A stretch of DNA of 64,000 nt, from assembly GCA_951406725.2 (NCBI GenBank), contig OX597821.1:53506001-53570000 (forward strand), given 5' to 3'. Shown here in pieces: positions 51,606 to 63,530 of this stretch. How positions within the stretch are numbered: position 1 is the stretch's first letter; every line of letters begins with the position of its first letter. Under the pieces are notes generated by a model, which worked only from the letters and a program-made list of their open reading frames with translations, made no database searches and was not told the DNA's origin. The DNA comes from Octopus vulgaris. Its lineage: Eukaryota. The position numbers were made by a program, and so were the translations under genes.

Positions 51606-54600
51606 TGATGTAATATACATACATACATGACTACATAGAAATATACATACAAACATACATGTGGGAACTATACTGAATGTTCACTATTGAAATGTATTTA
51701 ATCGGACGTCTGTTCGACAGGGGTAGACGTGAACTAATAAACACAACATCAAATAAAACCAAAATAACAAACGCCAAATATCTGTTTACAATACTAACAG
51801 AATATATCAGTCGTTTGTAGCATTATGGTAAAACAATTAGAAACCTAAGCTATGTGATTCACTATATTGTGTTATATTGCTTTACATCAAGTGCTCTTCG
51901 CTTTATCGAATCGTGCTTACCTTTCATTCCGTAATGATTTACGAATAAGTAACACCAATTAATATACTGGTATATTCCCAGCTTCTGATATGACAAAACT
52001 TAAATGAATATTACAAATGAACTAGACGTTGGGGGAGGGATGAATTTATGTAAAACAATGCTAGATGTTTGGTTTAATAAAGTTATCAGCCTGTCTGTAC
52101 CCAAACCCGCTTCATCCTCGTTTACAATTAGACATATCTCTTCAGCATAGGTTATAGAATAAGTAAATATATTCTTTACTTTCAAGAGTTTGATCGTTCT
52201 TTAGATAGACGAAATATATGTATATATTTACATATATATGTAAATATGTATGTATATATATATATATATATATGTATATACATGTGTGTATATACGTATA
52301 TATATATATGCATGTGTTTGTATGTATAATGTATATAATATGAACGAACACCAGAAACGAAGATGGAAAAAATTACGTTCAGTTACGATATAAACAATTT
52401 TATATAATTGAAAAAAAATTGCATTGAATAGACAATTACATAAAGATTGTAGAAATATCGTAGAATGAGCAAAAATACAAAACCAAGAATGAATGCAGTC
52501 GATAAAAATATATGCAGCGTATTCAAGATATTTTTAACAGAGGGAAGGGACATTTGTAGAGACGCGCAAAGACTCACCAACACGCATAAACACACACTCA
52601 CCCTCATATATATATACATACACACGCACACATACGAACACAACTCGCAAAGAATATATATATAGATGTTTAATCATGTGCATGCATATATATATATATA
52701 TATATGTATAAACATGTGTATATATGTATATGGATGTGTGCGTGTGTAAGTGTGCGTATATATATATATATATATACATATAATGACGCATTTATATATG
52801 AGTGTGTACACACCCACCCACATGCACACACATATAAGCATGCTTACTTCTATGCGGCACATGCAATTTTACATGCATGCAATGATTCGGCAGGAGCAAG
52901 TATGTGTATATAAATATATAAAGTGTGTATGTGTTTATGTATATATGCCTATGTATGCACACACAAGTACGTGTTGGTGTTTTGGGCTGAGTGTATGTAT
53001 ATATGTATCTTAGCATCTAACTCTCTGTCTTGCGTGCACCTATATAACATAGTAAAATAATGTATTTCACATACATTCGTAGAAGTTTTAGCATGCGATT
53101 ACATATTTCTGGTACTTTTGTGCGAGTGTGTTTGTGCGCGTCCGCCTCCAGGATTCATATTGCACCTGATGATATTCTACGCTGTGCTTCTGAATGTTTA
53201 GATTAATTCCATTGTAAAGGTTTCGTATGTCAAAAGCTGAATAGTTTTCATATTTTTTGAAATTATTTTCTCCAACGAATTCCTCGAACTTTGACGTAAA
53301 CATGCAATCAATTTTCTTTATATTGTTGCTGCTTTGTTTTGTTTATTTATGTTTAGTTTTGTTTTGTTCATAAATATAGATTATTGATTAATTCATTGTA
53401 AATACTGGCGAGTGAATTTTCGATAAAGTAACTAGAAAATCAACAGAGAAGAAAAAAGTGAGGAATTTTTGGTAGGCGTGGAAATTGTTTCTCTCCTTAG
53501 CTGGCAGATAAATTAGAAATGGAAATGTTAATAGATGTTTTCAAACTGATCACTCTCATCAATCTCTCTTATATTTAATATTTCTTTTCATGTGGCACTA
53601 ATTGGGCTGAGGGCAGGATCCGCCCTAAATATGGTGCAAAATAAAAGAAAATAACAATAATTTGTTCAATCAAATAATAGAAGTGGATAGTGTTCGACGA
53701 AACACCGTGCTTTATATCATGTTTGTTTATATTTTTTCAACTCTCCTAACTTCGGGTTCAAACGCTCCTTACATAGAGTTTTGTTTTCACTCTTTTGGAA
53801 TCGATAAAATAAACTCCGGACTGATGCTGCGAAATATGAAGCTAGAGCCGAAGTTAGATATCCTTATTTAAAAGAATGCGCTGGGCATTGGTAGAATCAT
53901 TAGAGTGTCGGGAAAAATAACGATGTAGCAAAAAATGTGACCAAAATGGTAGTTTCTTAGTGGATTTATTGAGAAGCGAACATCAGTGGATTGGAAGAAT
54001 CCTTATGGTAACTGATAAAACGGTAATAGTATTTGCAGCACATTACGTTCTGAAGTGCAATTTCATTGAAGCTCTTCTTTAGCGTTCATCCTTCCTGGTG
54101 GTTAAATCACCAGTTACATACTGAAAACAATTTCATCAATTATATTTAGCCCAACAACTAGAAAAAACCTGATGCCATATACCAGAATTACAATTCAAAT
54201 GTTTTTGCTTCTCAAAATATTACTCTCCATCAAAAGAAGTGATAAAGAATTTTTGTGTTCCTAAAGAAAATATTTTATATTTCACAAGAAATTCAAGTTC
54301 TGGAAGCGGGCCCAATAGTATTTCAGCCATAACTAGTTGCGTAATCTATAACCAGTTAATAATAGTTTTTGAGCCTGAGATCGATCTTGAACCTGTAGAC
54401 ATATGATGAAATACGTTATAGGTATGACACCCCAACTTGTATTGTGATATGATGTGCAGGAGAATACATTATCCCACGCAAATTTTCTCCTAGCCTGTGA
54501 GACGTAATGAGAGGGTCAGTTAGTTGTTGCCTTCAGCTACAATATCACTGAAAATTGAAGAAGCTGATCGAAACCGAGGAGCGAGCAAAAAGCAAACCTA

Positions 54601-54659
54601 CCACTGCAGGGGTAAAAACGTAAATGAATTTGAAGATATACAGATATAACGTAATTTAG

Positions 54660-55334
54660 AACTCTGAGATAATACTCTTAGTGTTAATCAGTGGGTCTCG
54701 CTGCCTGAGATTAAACTAATACCTTCTTCGGCACGCTTGTTACGTGATATGGGTATGTCTCCAAATTCATTTGCATCTTTTTCCCCTGCAATCGTATGGT
54801 GGCTACTCGCTACTCAATGTCATTCATATTGTTAAATTTTCAGTGATATTGTGGATTATTTGAGTATTTTCTACTTTTATTTCTAGCAACGCTAGTACTA
54901 TCTGGTACCCTTAATTATAATTATAATTATGAAATTATAAATTTATCTTTTTGGTTTATATGATTACTAGCCACTTATATTATTATTATTTATTAATAAT
55001 AATATCTTTATTTATGTATAATTATACACTTCTATCGCTTGTATTTGGTGCTAGTCTTTCAACGATTTTAACAAGCATGACGAAACAGGTATTGGATTAA
55101 CCCCAGGTAGCGAGACCCACTGGTGAGGACTAAGAGTATTATCTCAGAGTTTGAAATAGGTATGTCTGCAAATGCATTTGCGTCTTTTCCATCGCAATGG
55201 TAGATTGGCTTTTTATACGGTCCTTGATTTCATTCATTTTGATAAATTTCACTTTTATTTCTGGCAACTCTGATACTCTCTGGCACCCTTGATTATAGTT
55301 ATTATATATATATAACCACGTTCCCACTTAAAAT

Positions 55335-55338
<4 letters not shown>
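54660..55338 (+). mobile_element. Penelope-like pLTR-derived element with tandem hammerhead remnants and an upstream inverted partial copy
   Basis: 82-bp inverted arms 54660-54741 and 55070-55151; CGAAACAGGTA at 55081; CCCA-CTGGTGA-GGACT...AGTTT-GAAA-TAGG-TA-TG at 55116-55164; ends at (TA)n. Confidence 0.65.
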
Positions 55339-55427
<89 letters not shown>

Positions 55428-55474
55428 GCACACATACATACATACATATATATACACACACACAAACGCGCACG

Positions 55475-55554
<80 letters not shown>

Positions 55555-55577
55555 ATTTTAAGTGGGAACGTGGTTAT
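55312..55577. repeat. Perfect 27-bp inverted repeat enclosing a pure microsatellite
   Basis: ataaccacgttcccacttaaaatggca (55312-38) and tgccattttaagtgggaacgtggttat (55551-77) around (TA)n(CA)n(TA)n. Confidence 0.9.
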
Positions 55578-56869
55578 TTTAAAAACAATTACGTGTATTC
55601 GTTGTGCATGTGATTCTTGTTATATAACACTTGTTATCGAAAAAGCTGATGGCTTACTACATCCCGATCTGGGGCATCCATTGTCTTCTTAGGTGCATCA
55701 TGAACTACATTATCCAAAGTACCCTTTCTGTTTTAAGAGAGTATAGTGTGAGTTGAAGGAGAGATTGCTATAATTTCCAATAGATCTATCGACCTCAAAA
55801 TGTTCCTTCATTTTAGATTCATGTAGGATCGATCTGTTGATGTTCCTGGCAGCTATTTCATCGACCATTTCTGAATGTGAAATAAATCGCTATTAGATAA
55901 CATGAAGCACATGGTATCTGCTAACACTAACATATAACACATGTTCTATTGATAAACCTTCAATGTAAAGTGCATATACATGTAATTATAATGAAATATT
56001 GACAACTACGTCTTCCCGAATTAGAGCAAATATAGATATAACTGTTACGGTGTTGTAGTAATGTTATGAATTGTGAAATTTCCCATGATTAGCTGACTGT
56101 TTTCAACCTATGCTGCCCATGCGTTTGCTTAAATGTCAAGTGCAAAAATTCGTGGACAGGAATAGCAACAGATTTGAATGGCTGAATATATTATTTTTAT
56201 ACATTTCTTGTCCGCTCAATAAATTATTCAGTGATTTGTCTCCCTTTCTGATGGATTCATGCTCAAAAGTATTACTATTGAAATTACTGTAACAGTTACA
56301 GCCACTACTGCTTCTATTACAGCTATTGTTGTTACTATTGGGACCCAAGAATGTAAAGAATTATTTAAAACAAGTGATGTAGAACAAGATATATCATTAT
56401 CATGGGAGACATGATGATATATCTTCTTTTTAGGACTGGTCAGTGTATCTTGCATGGAAAATGAAGTAACATATATAAGATATAAATGAAGTGAAACAAA
56501 CACTAACACACAACGTTAAACGTAAAATAATACTCACATCTTTGCAGACAAACTTATTTGGCACTTGATATCAACATAACACATTGTAAAATATTATGTC
56601 AACCTCACATCCGCAGAGGAAAATATGAAACGGTTAACCATGACTTTAATTCGACAAGCATCTATGGATATATTACAACGTGGAATAATATATTTAGTGA
56701 CTGAATTATTTATTTGGATTCTCTACGTTGAACTAATGCCCAACAAGAAAAAAACAGATTTCAGCCGTTGAGTTATTGTTAATATGTAAGCAAAACCGAT
56801 CAGCCGCCATCGCAAATTTTATTAATGCCTAGCAATATATGCCATTGAATGTTGTAAAGAAGTCATACA

Positions 56870-57110
56870 ATAATATCCCTGTAAATATGACATTCTGTTG
56901 TGAACAGAATGCTATATTTCGAAGTGAAAAGGAAAGTGTCGAATCCAAGTAGGATGATGCAATAGAACAATCTCTGACTTGCAACAGATATACATAATTC
57001 ACAATAAGAATTTTCTGTTAATGTGATATCAAAGTATTTACACTTGATCCATTTGTGTCTAACGATTCTCTTCATCTGGTTGCTTTTAAAATGGATTGCA
57101 AATGGGAGCA
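56870..57110 (-). pseudogene. Decayed L2/CR1/Rex-group LINE RT C-terminal remnant
   Basis: KCKYFDITLTENSYCELCISVASQRLFY resembles KYLGITLxxxLxW...KAxQRLYF. Confidence 0.4.
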
Positions 57111-57220
57111 ATATTCATGAATGACTAAACTTCGGGAATATGTACTTTTCGTTTATGTGAGAAAACGACACGCGACTCAAAATATGCTAATATATTAAGG
57201 AGACAAGTAATAATAATAAA

Positions 57221-57283
<63 letters not shown>

Positions 57284-57284
<1 letters not shown>

Positions 57285-58004
57285 TGCCCTGATGCAGTAC
57301 CAGGCAGTGGTTCTCATGGCTTCTGATCTGAACTGATTGTTTTGTCTTGGTATAAAAGATGGGCGACAGCAAACATTCTGCTCAATATCACTTATTTGCT
57401 TGTCAGTTGTTTGACCTTCACCAGTTGAGCATGATCCTTAGTGGCTGACGTTATGTGCATCTCTAATCACGAGCATAAGTAATGGGGGAGCATCATAGCC
57501 ATGTGTTGAGAGGGATTCCTTGGGATTTGAATAATGCTTCAGTCAACACCCTTAAACAGCCCTTATTCAGTGACCTTTTGAGCAGGATGGGTTTCTCGAC
57601 AAGAAGAAAAATCTAACTGGGCTCCACCTGCAAGATCATGTGCTGTTTATCTTGGAGCTGGCAGAAACGTTAGCACGCCGGGCGAAATGCGTAGCCGTAT
57701 TTCGTCTGCCGAGGTTGACTTTGCCTTTCATCCTTTCGGGGTCGATAAATTAAGTACCAGTTACGCACTGGGGTCGATGTAACCGACTTGATACCTTTGT
57801 CTGTCCTTGTTTGTTCCCTCTATGTTTACTCCCTTGTGGGCAATAAAGAAATATATCTTGATATGAGATCACCATGTCGCGAACATATGGTTCTGATGCA
57901 TGTGCCTAGCGTATCCTTATCAGATGGGTAATCATAATGGGTATACTGGACTTCGTTTATTTTACCCCAGTGTCACCTTGATGGCATGCACTGCTCTCTC
58001 ACTG
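57284..58004 (+). mobile_element. Non-coding element embedded in (TAA)n, probable non-autonomous partner of the Dong-like LINE
   Basis: (TAA)n on both sides (57207-57283, 58005-58036); ends ACTG|AAT like the adjacent LINE; no meaningful ORF. Confidence 0.55.
57655..57853 (+). mobile_element. SINE family A nested in the 57284 element
   Basis: TSD tatcttg (57648-54/57854-60); internal deletion at gccg microhomology removes the B-box. Confidence 0.9.
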
Positions 58005-58035
<31 letters not shown>

Positions 58036-58038
<3 letters not shown>

Positions 58039-59239
58039 AGGTGGTATGATTTCTTATTTGTATTTGTCAGCTTCCTTAAATACTGAGAACAGTTTTTTTT
58101 GTTTTGCTCGTGTTTTGCCGCTATTTGTATCAGTTTTCCTTCCTTCTGAACTGCAAAAATATCTACTTCAGAAGGAAGGAAAACTGATACAAATAGCGGC
58201 AAAACACGAGCAAAACAAAAAACTGTTCTCAGTATTTAAGGAAGCTGACAAATACAAACAAGAAATCATACCACCTAATAAATATGAAGAAGAAGAAAAT
58301 GAAGAAACAACAAAAGCTATAAAACAAATGAAATCCAAACTAAAAACAGAACAGCAACGAACCATGATAAAACGATGGCAATAAAAGACCCTTCATGGTA
58401 AATACTGGACTAAACTAAACGCAAAAGAAATATACAAAGAAAAATCCCAGCAATGGTTGAGAAGCTCAGGACTCAAAGCAGGGACAGAGGGAATTTTAAT
58501 TGCAGCACAAGACCAAAGCCTCCCCACCAGAAATTACCAAAAACAAGTAATGAAAAGAAATATAACAAGTAACTGCAGAATATGTGGAGATGGACAAGAA
58601 ACAATAAATCATATTATCTCTGGCTGCCCAGTCCTAGCTAAGAAGGAATATATTCACAGACATGACAAAGTTGGAACCTACATACACTGGAAGCTATGCC
58701 AACATTATGGAATAACAACAGAAAAAAGATGGTATAGGCACACACCAGAAAAGGTCACAGAAAACGAGAAAGCAACCATACTCTGGGATATGCCGATACA
58801 CACAGATAGAGAAATTAAGGCCAACAGACCAGATATAGTTGTCAGAGATCATGAAGAAAAAAATGCTTTCTAATTGATGTATCAATACCGGAAGATGACA
58901 ACGTGTCTTTAAAAGAAATGGAGAAACTTTCAAAATACAAAGACCTGGAAATAGAGGTAACCAGAATGTGGAACCTAAAAACAGAAACAATTCCTATCAT
59001 AGTAGGTGCATTAGGCATGATAGAAAAATATTCAGACAAATACGTAACAAAAACACCAGGACTTACAAACACATATAACATACAGAAAATTGCACTACTA
59101 GGCACTGCACACATCCTACGCAGAACACTTTCCATACAATAAACATCAGAGCATCACAACAAATCACAGCACATACCTGAGGCACACAGAGCTGCGCTCA
59201 GTAGTGAAGTGAAAGCACGCTATAAAAATAAAACTACTG
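58036..59239 (+). mobile_element. 5'-truncated R4/Dong-clade (RLE) non-LTR retrotransposon with 5' fold-back
   Basis: Inserted in (TAA)n, as Dong elements are known to be; 3' UTR 59143-59239 then (TAA)n; inverted duplication 58036-58150/58167-58279. Confidence 0.88.
58151..59142 (+). pseudogene. R4/Dong-like ORF C-terminus (CCHC knuckle + PD-(D/E)xK endonuclease)
   Basis: LHGKY...AAQDQSLPTRNY...CRICGDGQETINHIISGC...RHDKV...RPDIVV...LIDVSIP...KLSKYKDL...IPIIVGALG; one stop (58382-84) and one frameshift in the poly-A near 58860. Confidence 0.9.
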
Positions 59240-59242
59240 AAT

Positions 59243-59243
59243 G

Positions 59244-59335
<92 letters not shown>

Positions 59336-59370
59336 AAGAAGAAGAAAAAGAACAACAACAACAACAACAA
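59243..59370. repeat. (TAA)n(GAA)n(CAA)n compound microsatellite
   Basis: Direct reading. Confidence 0.9.
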
Positions 59371-60137
59371 GAAAAGTTCACTGGTCGAAATTCATGGCCA
59401 GCCATCTTTGAGGTGAAGGGCTCGTCGAGAATGTTGACCCAAATAATTTTCCGGTATTTCTTTAAATCGACTTTGAAAAGTAAAGGGCCAAGTCACCCGG
59501 TGCTGTTCTAATATATTTTGCAGCTGATTCTAGTTCTGCTAAAAAAAGAATCAATTGTTACAAGTACAATAAATAATAACGACGTTGACACTTTAATTGC
59601 TCTAGGAAATAAAGAAAATCTATTCGCACCTCTTTTGCTATTAATATTAAATTGCTTAATCTACATCTTCTGTTGTTTAGTATAATATATCATTTTCTCA
59701 TTTCCTTTTAATAGAATTACTAAAATATGATATTAATAGTCTTACATATTGTGTTATGAAAGCTACGCCTAGAACAGTAATCTGAATCGGAAATGTGTAC
59801 TTTTAACTGATGTCTATGAAGTGGCGCTATCTAGTGCGTCGCTGCAAATTGATCGTTCTACAGCTTTTTTTTATTAATATTAACTGCCTATGAAAACAAT
59901 TTTAAAAAATCATCCCTCGATTGCACCAAATGACAGGCATTATTGACTAATCAGAGTGTAAAGTGAGCGGTTAATTGCTACACATTTAAAATTATTTATA
60001 GATCAAGAAGCTCTTCTGTTTTCAAAAAGTGGTGTTATAGGTTAGACATAGTTAACTGATACATTAATAATACGCATTGTCTTTCCACTTATGCATAATC
60101 CTAGTAGAGGATCCACTATTGCTAATGCTTTCTCCAG

Positions 60138-60442
60138 TGGAGGCACACGGCCTAGTGGTTAGAGCTGCGGACTCGCGGTCGAGGGATCACGGGTTCGTAT
60201 CTCAGACCGGGCGATGTGTGTGTTTATCAGCGAAACACCTAGGTTTCACGCGGCTCCGCCAGAAGGTAATGGCGAACTTCTGCTAACTCTTTCGCCACAA
60301 CTTTCTCTCACTCTTTCCTCCTGTATCATGCATCTCACCTGCGACGGACCGACGTCCCGTCCAGGTGGGGAGCCTATACGCCAAGGAAACTAGGAAACCG
60401 GCCCTAATGAGCCAGGCATGACTCGAGAAGGAACAAAAATAA
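60138..60442 (+). mobile_element. SINE family C variant
   Basis: Perfect 14-bp TSD aatgctttctccag (60124-37/60443-56); A-box ggcctagtggttagag, B-box gggttcgtatct; gcgacggaccgacgtcccgtccagg block. Confidence 0.92.
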
Positions 60443-61250
60443 AATGCTTTCTCCAGAATTCTTCAATTTTGTTACCTTTTCAGCATATACGACATGTTGG
60501 CGTTTGTTGGCTTCAAAACAAAACTCGTAATTTTCGATATCAGACTACACCTCGTTACACCTAAATTAGGCCCAAATCACACATATCACTCAACTGTTAG
60601 AAAATCTATCAGCTGAATTTATGGGGTTAAATATGTTATACGCAAAATACAATACATTCTGATTATCTGTGATGACTTTCCCATTTTCACACTTGCATAT
60701 CTATACCTCCATATCAGAGTTGCTACAATTGAAAAATAAATCATCATCAAAATTATTTACGTCAACTGAATATTCTGCCTCTGTATATACGGACTTAAAT
60801 CTCAGTTTATATACTTGATATATGCTTTTTTACATCAAATTGTGAATGCTCTTACAGTTGTCCGTATAACCCTCAGCGAAAGGTTCATTGTGAGCCCCTT
60901 GTGAAAGCCTTGCATACTGAGAATTTTCATATATCAAAGTGGGAGTTACTTTTCGTGGGAGTTTTATATTCACTAATGAAAACTGCATGAAAATATAAAT
61001 TTTCAAAACGTATAAATAAATAGATGAAAATAAATCTTTTGGGGTGATGGATGTGAAATAATTTCAAAAAACGATGATTTAATTTAAGTATTTCAGTTAG
61101 TAGAAATCAATCCGTATTATGCAACTCTTAGATGTAACGAAAGATGAAAAAATACCGTATGCTGACGTTAAGCAACATGACTTTAAGCTTCATATATTAG
61201 CAGATAATATTTTAACTTTAATGTAGCATGTTTCCTATTATACTCAACGC

Positions 61251-61357
61251 GTCGGTTTCTAAACTGTGGGGGAATATTGAGAAATAAGGAATTTATTATA
61301 TGAACACATAGTAATGTTAAACCCGGTCCCTGGCACGAAGCTTTTGCGACGGCTCGA
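61251..61357. mobile_element. Possible decayed hAT/Charlie-type MITE
   Basis: Left gtcggtttctaaactg and right ccggtccctggcacgaagcttttgcgacggct resemble Charlie/MER-type ends; TSD not resolved. Confidence 0.3.
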
Positions 61358-63489
61358 CAGCAAAGTAGAAAAAGATGACCGGAACGGTGGCAGATTTGAA
61401 TCGTGGATAAAATTTATACAAGTAATTCTTGTGTACGCAACAAATAAAAATATTATTGTGAGGACGATAACTATGTTCTGACGATGTTCCCCTGTTATAC
61501 CATTATAAATGAATTTATAATAAAGTACATTTATTATTACAGTGACGATAAAACCATTATGATAGTTTACCTTTATTTAAGGTTAATAAGCTTTTAATAG
61601 AATGTTGTTTCAAAGCAAGAAATGTATTGTTTACATTTTATGATGGGATCGTGTTGGAATATGCCTGCCAGTACCATATGTAGTTGGGGAGAAATGACAT
61701 AAAGACCCTATGACTAATTGGGTTATTCTCAGATCGGGAGCTTCTTTTGTGTGTTAGCAAGGGACAGGTTAGCATGCCTACATGTCAGTATATTGTGAGA
61801 AGGGTATTCTACCAGCATAGGGGAGATTCAGCATAGTATATCATACAAGTTTGCACACCACTTTTATCTACCCTATTACATTCACAACTTCTGGTGGATC
61901 AAGCTCTAACACAAAGTGAGATATAACCAGAAGTCATGGTACTGTGAAACGAACCTCTAATCAAAGAGGCATATCTTTAATACCTCGTAATGCTACTTAC
62001 ATCTTGAAATATATTTAAACTTGTATCTTCTATTTTTACAGAGACGACGACTATACAATGACTGTAATGTTGTTATAGCCTTGATAAAGACTTTGTTAGT
62101 ACTTAGTAATGAATACCTAAAGCTATATCTTAGCTTATTCGTCATTTTTATTTGAAAAACGTAGTTCGGCTTGTAGAAATTTCAGATACACAAGACTCGA
62201 ACGCAGCACATATTCTGCATCCAATCCACTTTTGTTTTATCAATTCTGTTCACTCCCAATCATGTTAATCAGTTGGATTCGTTGGTACAACCACAGCACA
62301 CACTCATTGTAACCTTTCAGTGACCAAGTAATTAACATCGAACCGCTAATTAACATGAAATCGGACAACATTAGATTAATATTCATAATCATATACTGTG
62401 TTTTATTAAGTTTGCAGTGAAACGATTAGTTGAAACTATTTCAGTGTCTTGTAAGAAATTATTCACATCACGTAGGCCACAAGAAGAAAGTTCCTTGAAA
62501 CGAAGTCCGCTAACTAGTCCCCAGTTGTGTATAAAATAGTAGCAAAATGTCTTGCAGTTTAAGCCCCACTGTCATAAGAACTCAAGGATTAATGCAGTCC
62601 TTGGTACGATAGCAATCACAAACTAAAAGGCAGCGCAGTTTGATATCATGTATTCCATACAGACACAAGCAATGGAAGATTTACTTGATTTCTCGGTATA
62701 CTAGAAAAATGACCCTAAAGCTTTCAAGTCATACGCTATCATTTAATGAAAGTAAGGTTATTTTGGACAAAGTAGATGAAAAAATATATACCAAAAAGAT
62801 TGAGATGATTATAGCAGGGACACTTTTGGTTCATAGATCTGATCCATCAGGGACTTAAAGCTAAGCAACAATCAACATGAAGTTAAACTTTAGTACCCCA
62901 CCCATCTGCAAATCATTGTCAACACTTCGAAAGAAGTACAAAAAGTATGAGAGGCAATGAGATATAGTTATAAGTATCGAACACCGATCCATGAATCGGC
63001 CTGTTGCGATTTTAGCATCTCCCGTTGCACATGTTTTATATGCTCCTGAAAGTGTTTATTCAGTTATTTCTGATGAATGAGGTCGACATTCATGATAGTA
63101 CTATAAACCATATAGTACTATATCTCACTATAGACCAGAGAAAGAGCCGGTTTCTAACCTGGTATTTGTGCACTTTGTGTGTATGTGTCCAGTATTTTGG
63201 AATCAGTGCATGTGCAGATCTGAATGTTTTTATGTATGTATTCTCATGCAGATAGTTTCATGTTTAGACATACGCATATGTACTTAAATGTTTTGTAAAC
63301 ATTCTGGAAAGTTTTACAAATTTGTACTGTTCCATTGCATTGATGGTTAGAAACTCTAATCTTCGTATCAGCTTTCTCCTTCCTGGATTTAAGAAGACTT
63401 ATTTCCGAAGATAGGTGGCTTGATAGTTTGTTACGTATCCCAGTGATCTGATGATTACAGGTATACACCTGAACTCGTAATCTGTGTAT

Positions 63490-63527
<38 letters not shown>

Positions 63528-63530
<3 letters not shown>

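Noticed and set aside
58046-58150. N-terminal part of ORF 58046..58384 and its mirror ORFs 57999..58202 and 58168..58365
   Set aside because: Artefacts of the inverted duplication; only the frame from 58151 is LINE-coding.
64-59405. Dozens of ORFs rich in YI, CV, HT, poly-Y/I/N/L
   Set aside because: They are translations of stop-free (TA)n, (TG)n and trinucleotide microsatellites, with no domain content.
59821-59838. CTCF-like motif (reverse complement gcactagatagcgccac)
   Set aside because: A single imperfect short match in 64 kb cannot be supported without ChIP data.
63244-63468. LKSRKEKADTKI resembling the EEADT motif of Academ-type XPG nuclease domains
   Set aside because: One partial motif only; the surrounding sequence gives no further support.
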